Of a DNA stretch of 64,000 bases, positions 21,485 through 32,322 are shown piece by piece. Both the position numbers and the translations under genes were made by a program. The DNA comes from an uncultured Candidatus Rokubacteria bacterium (GTDB taxonomy: Bacteria > Methylomirabilota > Methylomirabilia > Rokubacteriales > CSP1-6). The notes below the pieces were generated by a model, which ran no database searches, was not told the DNA's origin, and saw only the letters and a program-made list of their open reading frames with translations. Each line of letters opens with the position of its first letter. The stretch's first letter is position 1. The DNA lies in NCBI GenBank assembly GCA_963747235.1, contig CAVVEU010000028.1, positions 12,287 through 76,286 of the forward strand. The letters run 5' to 3'.

Positions 21485-22950
21485 ATGACCGACAACGGCC
21501 ACCTGGACGCCCGGACCCTTCACGCCCGCCTCAACCATCCCGTCATCGACGCCGACGGCCACTGGCTGGAGTACGGGCCGGTGATGCGCGAGGAGTTCCG
21601 CCGCATCGGCGGCGAGGCCGCGGTCGAGGGCCTGGCCCGGCCAGCCAGCGCGTGCCCAACTCGCTCAAGATGTCGGTGGCCGAGCGGGCGCGGCGCCGGG
21701 TCGGGCAGGAGGCGTTCTGGTCTTCCCCGTGCGAGAACACGCTCGACCGCGCGACCGCCATGATGCCGCGGCTCATGTACGAGCGCCTGGACGACCTCGG
21801 CATCGATTTCTCCGTGGTCTATCCGACCGCGGGGCTGAGCTATCACCGCATGCAGGACACGCGGATGCGCCGGGCCATCTGCCGCGCCTACAACGTCTTC
21901 GCGGCCGATCAGTTCCGCGGGCTCGAGGACCGCGTCATCCCGGCCGCGATCATCCCGATGTACACGCCCGAGGAGGCCATCGAGGAGATCGAGTTCGCGG
22001 CCACCCAGCTCGGCTACAAGGTCATCATGGTCGGCGGGATGATGCGGCGGCCGGTGCCCGCGCTGGCCGAGGAGCGGCCGGACGCGGCGGGCCTGGTCGA
22101 GTGGTACGACGTCGTCGGCCTCGACAGCCCGTACGACTACGACCCGGTGTGGCGCAAGTGCCAGGAGCTCAAGCTGGCCCCCACCTTCCACAACGGCGCC
22201 CGCTCCATCCTGCTGCGCAACTCGCCGTCGAACTTCTGCTACAACCACATCGGCCACTTCGCCTCCGCCGGCCACGCGGTGGCCAAGGCGCTCTTCTTCG
22301 GCGGCGTCACCCGCCGCTTCCCCGACCTCAACTTCGCGTTCCTCGAGGGCGGCGTGGGCTGGGCCTGCATGCTCTACGCGGACCTGATCGGCCACTGGGA
22401 GAAGCGCAACGGGCAGGCCATCCAGTCCACGCACCCGAGCAAGCTCGACCGGGGCCGGCTGCTGGAGCTGGCCCAGAAGTACGGGCGGCCCGAGGTCGTC
22501 GAGGCGGTGCGCCGCGGCGAGGGCCTGGAGGGCGACTCGAACTCCACGCTCACCGGCGGGGTGGAGGACGTGGACGACTACTTCCGCTGCAAGATCGAGC
22601 GGAAGCAGGACATCCGCGATCTCTTCGTGCCGCGCTTCTACTTCGGCTGCGAGGCCGACGATCCCGCCAATGCCTGGGCCTTCAACACCAAGGCCAATCC
22701 GATGCGCGCCCGCCTCAACGCGATCTTCAGCTCGGACATCGGCCACTTCGACGTGCCGGACATGACCGAGGTGGTCCCCGAGGCCTACGAGCTGGTCGAG
22801 CACGGGCTGCTCGACGACCGCGACTTCCGCGACTTCATGTTCGACAACGCGGTGCGCTTCTGGGGCGAGGTCAACCCGGACTTCTTCAAGGGCACCGACG
22901 TCGAGAAGGCCGCCGGCGCGGTGCTCGCGCAGGCGGGGGCGCGGCGCTGA
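21485..22950 (+). CDS. amidohydrolase family protein (frameshift near 21640)
   Basis: IDADGHWLE, FLEGGVGW, FGCEADD, SSDIGHFD. Confidence 0.85.
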
Positions 22951-22982
22951 CCGACATGCCGACGACGAGACAGGAGGCGACA

Positions 22983-23270
22983 ATGCGTGGAGCCACGGGT
23001 CTGGTGATCGGGCTGACGATGGTACCGCTCTTCTGGGGCAGCTCCGCTCTGGCGCAGGGCAAGCCGGCTTGCACCGCGCAGGGGAAGGTGAGCACGCCGC
23101 AGAAGGTGGACGGCGAGGTGGTGAAGGTCGATGCCGGGCTGGACAAGGTGACGGTCCGCGGCAAGGATGGCGCGGTGCACGAGTTCCAGGTCTCGAAGGA
23201 GACCCTGCGCGATCTCAAGGCGGGCGATCACATCGAGGCGACGCTGCGAGAAGCCCCGAAGTGTCCCTAG
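22983..23270 (+). CDS. small secreted OB-fold-like hypothetical protein
   Basis: AGGAGG RBS, signal peptide ending ALA-Q, GEVVKVD...LKAGDHI, two Cys. Confidence 0.7.
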   Translation: MRGATGLVIGLTMVPLFWGSSALAQGKPACTAQGKVSTPQKVDGEVVKVDAGLDKVTVRGKDGAVHEFQVSKETLRDLKAGDHIEATLREAPKCP

Positions 23271-23277
23271 CGCCGCA

Positions 23278-23706
23278 TCACGGGCGACCGGTCCCGCCCG
23301 GGGCGTGCGTGAAGGGGATCTTGGCGAACTTCACCCGGTCCACCTCGATGACGAGGGTGACCGCGTCGGGATTCCGCCACGGGAAGTCCTTCCCGGTGTA
23401 CTTCCGCGACGTGGCGTCCTTCACCACGAAGGACGGATCCGGCCGCCGATCGACCACCCGGCCCCGCACCTGGGCCTCGGTGTAGGGATCGTCGAAGTCC
23501 ACGATCGAGAGCGCGACCCGCGGATCGCGCCGGGTGTTCTTCGCCTTGAGCGAGCCCTCGCCGGTCCCGACGAGGATGCGGTCCCCTTCGCGCGTCACCC
23601 AGACCGGGGCCGATTGCGGGGAGCCATCGGGCATGATGGTCGCGAGGTGCGCGAAGTTGGGTCCGTCGATCAGCTTCTTGACGCCGTCGGGCAGGGCCAT
23701 GGCCAT
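23278..23706 (-). CDS. PPOX class F420-dependent oxidoreductase
   Basis: AHLATIMPDGSPQSAPVW, KAKNTRRDPRVALS. Confidence 0.85.
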   Translation of the reverse strand: MAMALPDGVKKLIDGPNFAHLATIMPDGSPQSAPVWVTREGDRILVGTGEGSLKAKNTRRDPRVALSIVDFDDPYTEAQVRGRVVDRRPDPSFVVKDATSRKYTGKDFPWRNPDAVTLVIEVDRVKFAKIPFTHAPGGTGRP

Positions 23707-23735
23707 GTGCGCCTCCTTGCCGCCATCATACCCGG

Positions 23736-24245
23736 ATGAAGCGCCTCGTCGACCGCCTCGGGCCGCGCCCGCGCATCCTCTTCGTGGGCATCAATCCGTC
23801 GCTGCGGTCGGCCGAGGTCGGCCATCACTTCGCCAGCCCGGGCAATCCGTTCTGGCGACTGCTCCACGCGGCCCGGTTGACCGAGACCGCCTTCACCTAC
23901 GAGGACGATGCGCGCCTGCCATCGTACGGCCTGGCGCTGACCAACATCGTGCCCCGCCCGACCCGGGCGGCCGCCGAGCTGACCCGCGCCGAGTACGCGG
24001 CCGGACGCGCGCGGCTCGCGCGGTTGATCACGCGGGTGAGGCCGCGGACCGTCGCCTTCGTCGGCGTCACCGTCTATCGGGCCTTCTTCGGCCCGGCCGC
24101 GAGCCCGGGCCCCGGGGCCAAGCCGGAGCGGATCGGCGACGCGCGGGTCTTCGTGCTGCCGAATCCGAGCGGGCTGAACGCGGCCTATCCCGGCTTCCGC
24201 GACAAGCTGATCTGGTTCAAGCGGCTCCGCCGTTACACGAAGTGA
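23736..24245 (+). CDS. mug: G:T/U mismatch-specific DNA glycosylase
   Basis: FVGINP, GHHFASPGNPFW, LPNPSGLNA. Confidence 0.85.
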   Translation: MKRLVDRLGPRPRILFVGINPSLRSAEVGHHFASPGNPFWRLLHAARLTETAFTYEDDARLPSYGLALTNIVPRPTRAAAELTRAEYAAGRARLARLITRVRPRTVAFVGVTVYRAFFGPAASPGPGAKPERIGDARVFVLPNPSGLNAAYPGFRDKLIWFKRLRRYTK

Positions 24246-24297
24246 TAGACTCGGGCCCATTTCACTCCGGTCCATCTGACTCAGAGGAGGATTCGCC

Positions 24298-25085
24298 ATG
24301 CGACTAGCCGGGAAGATCGGGATCGTGACCGCCGCCGCGTCGGGCATGGGACGGGCCGGCGCGCTGCGCTTCGCCGCCGAGGGCGCCCAGGTCGCGGTGG
24401 TGGACGTGGACGCGTCAGGCGTCCAGCGCGTCGTCGAGCGAGATCACCGGCGCGGGCGGCACCGCGCACGGGATCGTCGCCGATCTCACGAAGGACGAGG
24501 ACTCGCGCCGCATCGTGTGGGACACGGTCGAGCCGCTTCAAGGGCCTCGACTTCGTGTGGAACCACGTCGGCCACCCCGGGCCGGCCGCGGTCGAGGGCA
24601 TCGACATGACCGCCTTCGACCTCGCCATCGATCTCAATCTCCGCACGGTGCTGCTCACGACCGAGGCGGCCATTCCGGAGATGCGCCGGCGCGGGGGCGG
24701 CAGCCTGCTCTTCACCGCCTCGACCTCGGGGCTCCAGGGCTCGGCGTACAGCCCCGTCTACTCGATGTGCAAGTTCGGGGTGGTGGGCTTCGTCAAGAGC
24801 CTGTCGGTGCGGCTCGCTCCCGAGAAGATCCGCGTCAACGCGGTGTGCCCGGGCCCCATCGACACGCCGATGCTGCGCGTGTTCGTCGCGCGGCCCGATC
24901 AGAAGTCCACCGCCGGCCTGGACCCGGAGGACCTGGTGCGCCGGCGCGCGGCCGGGTCGGTCCCGCTCGGCCGCACCGGCCGGCCCGAGGAGATCGCCAA
25001 CGCCGCGCTCTTCCTGCTGTCCGACGAGGCGTCGTTCATCACCGGCGCGGCGCTACCCGTCGACGGTGGCGTGACCGCGGCCTGA
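24298..25085 (+). CDS. SDR family oxidoreductase (frameshifted)
   Basis: TAAASGMG, YSMCK, CPGPIDT, VDGG. Confidence 0.85.
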
Positions 25086-25110
25086 TCCGCCCCTCATCAA
25101 GGAGACCCCG

Positions 25111-25575
25111 ATGCCGACGCACACGCCCCTGGCGCCCCAGATCGAGCAGTTCATTCACGACAACCCGCAGGGCGTGCTGACGTCGTTCCGGCGGAACGGC
25201 CTGCCGCAGCTCAGCATCGTCACCGTCTACCCGCGCGACGGGGGCGTCGGCATCTCCATCACCGAGAACCGGATGAAGTTCAAGAACCTGCTGCGCGACC
25301 CGCGCTGCTCGCTGCTGGTCTCCCACGCCGACTGGTGGTCCGGGTTCCTGGTCTTCGAGGGCAAGGCCGAGCTCACCCACTCGGGCAACACCGATCCCGA
25401 GGCGCTCCGCGCGGCGCGCCGCCACATCTACAGCGCTACCACCCGGCGCCGCAGCCGGGACTGGGCCGAGTACGACCGCATCACGGAGGCGGACAAGCGC
25501 GTGGCGATGGTGCTGCGGCCCGAGCACGTCTACGGCAGCGCGCTGGCCAAGATGCGCGAGGCGCTGGCCAAGTAG
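25111..25575 (+). CDS. PPOX class F420-dependent oxidoreductase
   Basis: RRNGLPQLS, KFKNLLRDPRCSL. Confidence 0.8.
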   Translation: MPTHTPLAPQIEQFIHDNPQGVLTSFRRNGLPQLSIVTVYPRDGGVGISITENRMKFKNLLRDPRCSLLVSHADWWSGFLVFEGKAELTHSGNTDPEALRAARRHIYSATTRRRSRDWAEYDRITEADKRVAMVLRPEHVYGSALAKMREALAK

Positions 25576-25609
25576 GCCCCGCTTCCCCTCACCAGGCTCT
25601 CGGACGCCC

Positions 25610-27070
25610 ATGACGGAGACACCGTTCGGGGTCGTGCTCGGACGGCAGGCCCAGGCGGCGCCTCGCTTCCCCGCCCTCACGTGCGGGGACGTGACGATCT
25701 CCCGGGCGGAGCTCGAGGCGCGAACCAACCGGCTCGCCCGCGCCTACCGGGCGCTCGGCGTGACGCCCGACTCGCTCGTCACCATCGGGCTCCCGAACGG
25801 TATCGGCTTCTTCGAGGCCGCGGTCGCCGCCTGGAAACTGGGCGCCACGCCGCAACCCATCTCCTCGCGACTGCCGGCGGCGGAGCGCCGCGCCATCGTC
25901 GACCTGGCCAGCCCCTCGCTCGTCGTGGGGGTGGATCCCGCCGAGGTGCCCGGCCGGCCCACACTCCCCGCGGGCTTCGAGCCGGACGCGGCGCTGTCCG
26001 CCGATCCGCTCCCGCCGGCAGTGGCCGCCTCGTTCAAGGCTCCGACCTCGGGCGGGAGCACCGGACGGCCCAAGCTCATCGTCGCGACCCAGCCCGCGAT
26101 CTGGGAGGCCCTGGTCGACTACACGACGCTGCTGCGGATGACGCCGGACGGCGTGCACCTCGTCACCGGGCCGCTCTACCACAACGGCCCGTTCACGAGC
26201 GGGGCCCTCGCCCTGCTGCGGGGCAACCACCTCGTGGTGATGCCGCGCTTCGACGCCGCCGGCGCGCTCATGCTGATCGAGCGCCATCGCGTCGACTGGA
26301 TGTACGCGGTGCCGACGATGATGCACCGCATCTGGCGGCTGCCCGAGCGCGAGCGCACGCGGTACGACCTCTCGAGCCTGCGGGTGGTGTTCCACATGGC
26401 CGCGCCCTGCCCGCCGTGGCTCAAGGAGGCGTGGATCGGCTGGCTCGGCGGCGAGCGCATCCTCGAGCTGTACGGGGGCACGGAGGCCCAGGCCATCACG
26501 TTCATCACCGGGGACGAGTGGCTCGAGCACCGCGGATCGGTCGGGCGGGTCCTCCTCGGCGAGATGCGCGTGCTCGACCCGGACGGCCGGGAGCTGCCCG
26601 CCGGCCAGGTCGGGGAGATCTGGATGCGGCGGGGCCCGGACGCGCCGCCGTCCTACCGCTACGTCGGGGCCAGTGCCAAGTCGCGGCCGGGGAACTGGGA
26701 GTCGCTCGGCGACATGGGCTGGAAGGACGAGCAGGGCTACGTCTACCTGAGCGACCGCGAGACCGACATGATCCTGGTCGGCGGCAGCAACGTGTACCCC
26801 GCCGAGGTGGAGGCCGCGCTCGACGAGCACCCGCGGGTGGCGTCGTCGTGCGTGATCGGCCTGCCCGACGAGGAGTACGGCAGCGCGGTCCACGCGATCG
26901 TGCAGGCGGCCGGGCCCCTGACCGGCGCCGAGCTGGAGGCCTTCCTGGCCTCGCGCGTGGCCCGGTACAAGCGGCCGCGCACCTACGAGTTCGTGACCAT
27001 GCCGCTGCGGGGCGACGACGGGAAAGTCCGGCGCTCGGCGCTGCGAGCCGACCGCGTCGCCGGCCGGTAG
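25610..27070 (+). CDS. AMP-binding acyl-CoA ligase (bile acid-CoA ligase-like)
   Basis: TSGGSTGRPK, YGGTE, GDMG, NVYPAEVE. Confidence 0.9.
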   Translation: MTETPFGVVLGRQAQAAPRFPALTCGDVTISRAELEARTNRLARAYRALGVTPDSLVTIGLPNGIGFFEAAVAAWKLGATPQPISSRLPAAERRAIVDLASPSLVVGVDPAEVPGRPTLPAGFEPDAALSADPLPPAVAASFKAPTSGGSTGRPKLIVATQPAIWEALVDYTTLLRMTPDGVHLVTGPLYHNGPFTSGALALLRGNHLVVMPRFDAAGALMLIERHRVDWMYAVPTMMHRIWRLPERERTRYDLSSLRVVFHMAAPCPPWLKEAWIGWLGGERILELYGGTEAQAITFITGDEWLEHRGSVGRVLLGEMRVLDPDGRELPAGQVGEIWMRRGPDAPPSYRYVGASAKSRPGNWESLGDMGWKDEQGYVYLSDRETDMILVGGSNVYPAEVEAALDEHPRVASSCVIGLPDEEYGSAVHAIVQAAGPLTGAELEAFLASRVARYKRPRTYEFVTMPLRGDDGKVRRSALRADRVAGR

Positions 27071-27076
27071 GAAGCC

Positions 27077-27466
27077 CTAGGCCCGGCGCACGGGCACCTC
27101 GACCGGGACCTTCATCGCGCGGCTGATCCGGCAGCCCTCGGCCGCCTCCTGGAGCCGGGCGAGCTGGGCGTCATCGAACGTGCCCTCCACCACCAGCTCT
27201 CCCTCGACGCCGGTGATCTGCCCCTGGGCTTCCGTCGCGGTGAGGCGGGCCCGGAGGCCGCGCACCACCCACTGCTGGCGCTCGGCGAACCGCCGAACGT
27301 TGTTGATGCGTCAGGCGCCGATGGCGCCCAGGAGGAGCTCCGCGGGCGAGGGCGCGCCGTCCGCGCCCCCGGCCTCCGCCGGCGCGTCCATCTCCAGGCG
27401 GTGCGGGCCCGCCGCTCCCTCGACCTTCATGCCGGACACCCACTGCACCGTCACCGCTCTGCCCAT
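27077..27466 (-). CDS. OsmC-family peroxiredoxin-like selenoprotein (Sec at codon 52)
   Basis: MGRAVTVQW...PSPAELLLGAIGA-TGA-RINNVRRF...AEGCRISRAM; TGA at the conserved first OsmC Cys, frame continues, hairpin follows. Confidence 0.8.
27279..27299 (-). promoter_or_regulatory. putative bacterial SECIS element
   Basis: CGUUCGGCG-GUU-CGCCGAGCG 9-bp hairpin starting 12 nt after UGA. Confidence 0.65.
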
Positions 27467-27512
27467 AGGTCCGCGCCTCCCCAGCGCGTCACACCTCCGC
27501 CCCGGCGGGCCA

Positions 27513-28382
27513 TCAGCGGAACCGCGCGATCACGTCCTTGCCGTAGCGCAGGACGTCGTCGGGCGTCTTCACCTGCGCGGGCAGGCCCGCCGCGGCGCTG
27601 ACCGGCACCGCGACGCGCGCCACGCCCTGGCGGGCCAGCGCTTCGATCTCCGCCAGATCGGTGGGCGCCGCGACCGTGATCTCGATCGCCTTCGGGTCGC
27701 GCCCGGCGGCCTCGGCGGCGCGCCGCATCTCGTCCAGGAGCCCGGGCGACGGCGTCCGGGCGGGGAAATAGCCGTCGCCGAGCCGGCCGGCGCGCCGCGC
27801 GGCCGCCGCCGTGTCGCCGCCCACGATGATCGGGATCGACCGCGCAGGCGGCAGCGGCCGGCAGAACACCCGGTCGAACGAGATGAACTGCCCCTTGAAC
27901 GACGCGCACTCCTGGCTCCACAGCGCGCGCATCGCCTCCACGTACTCGTCGGTGCGCGGCCCGCGGTCCGCGAACGGCAGCCCGAGGGCGGCGAACTCCT
28001 CGGCGAGCCAGCCCACGCCGATGCCGAGCAGGACGCGGCCACCGCCGGCCAGGTGGTCGAGCGTCGCCACCGCCTTCGCGGTGACCACCGGGTTGCGCTG
28101 CGGCAGGATCAGGATCGCGGTGCCGAGCTTGATCGTGCGCGTGGCTCCCGCCACGTAGGCCAGCCAGATCAGCGGGTCCGGGATCGGGAAGTCCTCGAGC
28201 CCCGAGCCCATGCGCCCCGAGGCCGAGTACGGGTAGCGCGACTGGTAGCCGTGCGGCACCACCACGTGCTCGACCGTCCAGATGGACTCGAAGCCCGCCG
28301 CCTCGGCGGCCTGCGCCAGCTCCACCGCCGCCGGTCCGTTGCTGTAGCGTCCCAGGCTCGCGTAGCGAAGTCCGAATTTCAT
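27513..28382 (-). CDS. LLM class F420-dependent oxidoreductase
   Basis: GFESIWTVEHVV, AKAVATLD, LGIGVGWLAEEF, PIIVGG. Confidence 0.9.
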   Translation of the reverse strand: MKFGLRYASLGRYSNGPAAVELAQAAEAAGFESIWTVEHVVVPHGYQSRYPYSASGRMGSGLEDFPIPDPLIWLAYVAGATRTIKLGTAILILPQRNPVVTAKAVATLDHLAGGGRVLLGIGVGWLAEEFAALGLPFADRGPRTDEYVEAMRALWSQECASFKGQFISFDRVFCRPLPPARSIPIIVGGDTAAAARRAGRLGDGYFPARTPSPGLLDEMRRAAEAAGRDPKAIEITVAAPTDLAEIEALARQGVARVAVPVSAAAGLPAQVKTPDDVLRYGKDVIARFR

Positions 28383-29732
28383 GGCTGTCCTCCTTTGAAG
28401 GTCAGGGCCAGGAGCCCGTCGACGTCGGAGAGCGCGGGCAGGCGGCCGAGGGTCTCGAGGAGCCGCTCGACCTGCGCGGTGGGCAGCACGACCCCGGCGA
28501 GCCGGCGGAACTTCTCTTCGACTTCTGGCCGAGAAACGGGGTGGCCCGGGGTGCCCCGCGCGGCCCGCACCGTCTCGTCGAGCACGCGCCCGTCGCGGAG
28601 CCGGACCCGCATCCTCGCCTCGGGGATGCGGAGGGCGGGGTCGGCGACGGCCCGGATCCGGCCCGCCAGCGCGACGAGGCCCGGATCGGGCGCCGCGAAG
28701 TCCGACTCCGCGGCCGCGCCGCCGGTCAGCGCCAGCGCGGCGCAGTACGCGGCGCTGAACTTGGCCTCGAGCCCCGTCCGGGGCTCGGGGATCGCCGCGA
28801 CCTTCACCGCGAGCGGATGCACGTGGCACTCGACCTCCGCGATCGCCTCGGCGGTCGGCGCCGCGCGCTCGCGGATCGCGCGGCCGGCGTCGATCGCCGC
28901 GTGGAGCAGGTGGCACGCGGCGTAGAGCTTCGTGCTGTTGTCGAGGATCTCGAAGCGGGTACCGAGGTCCGCGAGCGCCGGAGTCAGATCGGTGACCCCG
29001 ACGAACGTGGCGGCGAACCCGTCGTGGCCGTCCAGGATGCCGGTCGGGCCCGTGAACCCCTCGCGCGCGAGCAGCGCGGCCAGGATGCCGTTCATCGCGG
29101 CCTTCCCGGGATGGAGCGGCTTGCTCATGGTGCCGAGCGACTGCTCGAGCCCCGCGGCCTGGGTCCCCGCGATCCCGAGCGCCCGCCCGAGCTGCTCGGC
29201 GGTGAGGCCCAGCAGCTTGCCGGCCGCCGCGACCGCGCCGAAGTGGCCGAGCATCGCGGTGACGTGCCAGCCGCGGTCGGCGAGCTTCGGGCCGATCACC
29301 CGCCCGATCCGCGTCTCGACCTCGAAGCCGGCGACGAAGGCCTCGACGACCGCGCGCCCCGGCCGGCGGCGCCACTCCGCGATCGCGAGCGCCGCGGGCG
29401 CCACCGGCGCCGAGCCGTGGACGATCGAGGCCAGGTGCGTGTCGTCGAAGTCGAGCGCGTGGCCCTGGGCGCCGTTGGCCAGCGCGGCCAGCAGCGCGCT
29501 CGTGCGCCGGCCCCGCCCGATGATCGTCGCCTGCGGGTCGCCGCCGGTCGCGCCCACCACCGCGTCGAGCGCGGCGGCGAGCGGCTCGGTCGAGCCGCGG
29601 ATGGCGACGCCGATCCAGTCGGTGAGGCAGAGGCCGCGCGGCCTCGGTGACCGCGGCGGGGAGCGACCGGAGCTCGAGCCCCAGCACGAACTCGACCAGC
29701 GCGTCCGCGACGGGCGTGCCTCGATCGTTCAT
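28379..29732 (-). CDS. MmgE/PrpD family protein (frameshift near N-terminus)
   Basis: HALDFDDTH, HGSAP, GWH, SKPLHPG, KLYAAC. Confidence 0.9.
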
Positions 29733-30400
29733 GGAGAGATCACGTGCTCGGTGGTGATGATGATCGGCAGCTCGCCGGGCGCGATGAAGTTCGGCTCGTC
29801 GGCCCGGACGCGCGCGTACTGCGCGGTCACGGCCGACGCGCGCATCGCCTGCGTGTCGTCGAACCACGTGATGGCCAGGCCGTCGTAGGCGGGGATCCGC
29901 CCGCGCTCGTAGGCGGACGGGCGCGTGGGGCTCTGCACGTAGCGGCGGATCATCGGGATCTGCGCGGCGAGCGGACCGTGGACCTCCTTCCAGTGGCGCC
30001 GGAACTCGTCCAGCGCGAGGCCGGGCTTGCGGACGACGAACTCGACGTTCTTCGCGGCCCCGGGCGGCACGGGATCGTCCTTGATCACGTGCTCGTCGGT
30101 GAGGATCACGCGCTTCGTCGCGGAGTCCATGAAGCGGGGCTCGTCGGCGTCGACCGCGGCCAGCGCGTCGGTGCCACGGAGAGCGTGCATCGCCTGGCTG
30201 TCGTCGAACCAGACCTCGGCGATGCCATCGTAGATCGGCTCGCCCTTCCGGTAGCCAGCCAGCCGCGTATGCGACTGCACGTAGCGCCGGATCCCCGGCA
30301 GCCGGACGACCACCGCGGGATGGCGCTCGCGCCAGTAGGCCTGGAACTCCTCCACCGCCATCCCGGCCTTCCGCTTCAGGCAGGTCACGACCTTGATCAC
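29729..30400 (-). CDS. tandem EthD-domain protein
   Basis: Two repeats of RK.G...EF..(Y/H)W...H...IRRYVQS...YDG. Confidence 0.85.
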   Translation of the reverse strand: MIKVVTCLKRKAGMAVEEFQAYWRERHPAVVVRLPGIRRYVQSHTRLAGYRKGEPIYDGIAEVWFDDSQAMHALRGTDALAAVDADEPRFMDSATKRVILTDEHVIKDDPVPPGAAKNVEFVVRKPGLALDEFRRHWKEVHGPLAAQIPMIRRYVQSPTRPSAYERGRIPAYDGLAITWFDDTQAMRASAVTAQYARVRADEPNFIAPGELPIIITTEHVISP

Positions 30401-30462
30401 GCGGGGACTATAGCAGCCGGCCGCGCCTTGACGCCACCGCGGCCCCCGTGCACTATCCGCCC

Positions 30463-31606
30463 ATGCCTCCCGCCGCCACGGGACGAGTCGTCGATGCCGA
30501 CGGTCACGTGCTGGAGCCCGCCGACACCTGGGTCCGGTACCTCGACCCGTCGTATCGGGATCGGGCCATCCGCATCGACACGGACGCGGACGGCTACGAG
30601 GTGCTCCTGATCGACGGCCGACCGCTGAAGACGTTGCGCGGCCAGCTCGGCTCGCTCGGCGGCATCGAGATGGACATGGAGCGCCTGCTCACCAGGGGGC
30701 AGGTGACCTACGCCGAAGGCAGCCCGGCCGGCGGCTACGATCCGCACGCGCGCCTTGCCGTGATGGATGCCGAGGGCATCGACAGCGTCCTGCTCTACCC
30801 GACGATCGGCATCTGCTGGGAAGGACACGTCACCGACGCCTCACTGGCCACCGCCTACACCCGGGCCTACAATCGCTGGCTGGTCGAGTTCTGCCAGGCC
30901 GATCCGAAGCGCCTGCACCCGGTCGCGCACATCTCCCTGCTGGACGCCGAGGGCGCCGTCGCGGAGACGCTGCGCGCCCGCGCGGAGGGGTGCGTGGGCG
31001 TCTTCCTCTCGCCGGACGTCGCGGCCCGGGGCGGCCGTCACTTCGACGACCCCGCGTTCGCCCGCTTCTGGGAGACGGTGCAGGATCTCGAGATGCCGGT
31101 CGCGTTCCACGTGGTCGTGCGCGACCACCAGTGGTTCCGTCCGTGGCAGCGGTACGATCCCTCGGACGGCCTGTTCGGCTTCGCCTTCCTGGCCATCGAC
31201 GTGATGGCGGCCTTCACCCAGATGCTCTGCTCCGGCATGTTCGAGCGATACCCGCGGCTGCAAGTGCGCGGTCCTGGAGGCGGGGTCGAACTGGATCGCC
31301 TCCTGGCTCGACCGGCTGGACCACAAGCACCGCGTGATGGCGCACCGCACGCCGATCCGCATGGCGCCGAGCGCGTACTTCTACCGCCAGTGCCTGATCT
31401 CGGCCGACCCGGACGAGTCCTTGACCGCCCAGATGGTCGAGCATCTGGGGGCCGACTACTTCATCTGGGCCTCGGACTATCCCCACATCGACGCGTCGAT
31501 GGGCGTCGTCCGGGAGCTGCGCGAGCGGCTCGCGCCCCTTCCCGCCGAGGCGCGCCGCAAGGTGCTGGGCGACAACGCCCTGCGGTTCTACAAGCTGGCC
31601 GGCTGA
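30463..31606 (+). CDS. amidohydrolase_2 family protein (frameshift near 31260)
   Basis: VDADGHVLEP, AYNRWL, WASDYPHID. Confidence 0.85.
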
Positions 31607-31881
31607 TCCCCCGGCCCGCTCACCTTTCCGAGCTGGGGCTGACCTGGGGCCCTGACGATGCTCTCGCCGGGTCGTCGCGCGATGAAGCGCGCCGCGACCA
31701 CCGAGACGATCACGAGGACGGACAGCGCCGGCCAGCGGAGCGCCAGGCGCAAGACGGTCGCGACGGCGAGACGGCTCATGAGCGCCCCGCCCGCGGTCCG
31801 GGGCGCGGGCCTGGCCACGTCAAGCGCCGCGTCGATGCGGTTCATCACCCGGCGCCGGATCGCGCGGGTGAGAATGTTCAT
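31588..31881 (-). CDS. small hypothetical membrane protein
   Basis: ATGA overlap with upstream gene; hydrophobic segment. Confidence 0.45.
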   Translation of the reverse strand: MNILTRAIRRRVMNRIDAALDVARPAPRTAGGALMSRLAVATVLRLALRWPALSVLVIVSVVAARFIARRPGESIVRAPGQPQLGKVSGPGDQPASL

Positions 31882-32129
31882 CCGGCGTTCCTCGATCCTT
31901 CTACGCGGCCGCCCGCGCGGACCCGTTCCCGAGCCGACTCGAGTCGCGACGACAGCTGCCCCTTCGCCTGATCGAGCAGCACCTCGGACTTCTCCTGCAC
32001 GGTCCGGAGCAGCCCGTCGATCGTGTCCCGCGCCGGAGCCGAGTTCCCGCTCACGTACTCACGGAGCGTGTCCCGGTATTTCCACATGACCATCCCACCC
32101 GCGATTGCTACGAGGACCCGTCCCAGCAT
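31878..32129 (-). CDS. small YtxH-like hypothetical protein
   Basis: AGGAGG RBS; N-terminal TM segment then amphipathic helix. Confidence 0.6.
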   Translation of the reverse strand: MLGRVLVAIAGGMVMWKYRDTLREYVSGNSAPARDTIDGLLRTVQEKSEVLLDQAKGQLSSRLESARERVRAGGRVEGSRNAG

Positions 32130-32161
32130 GTGTTATCCTCCTTGTGCCTGGAGGTCCGAGC

Positions 32162-32177
32162 AGCAAGGCCCGTGCCG
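32162..32177 (-). promoter_or_regulatory. sigma54 -24/-12 promoter
   Basis: CGGCAC-GGGCC-TTGCT on the minus strand, upstream of ATG 32129. Confidence 0.65.
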
Positions 32178-32322
32178 CGCCTGGAAATGGGCCTTGTTTC
32201 ACCTGATCCGAACGGTTCGGGGGAGATCGGACGCATCGGAGCTCCTCGTTCGGTAGGAAGGAGTCGGACCTTTCTACACGGTCACGCCCTGGAGTCGCGT
32301 GCGCGCGTCGCGATAGGGCCCG

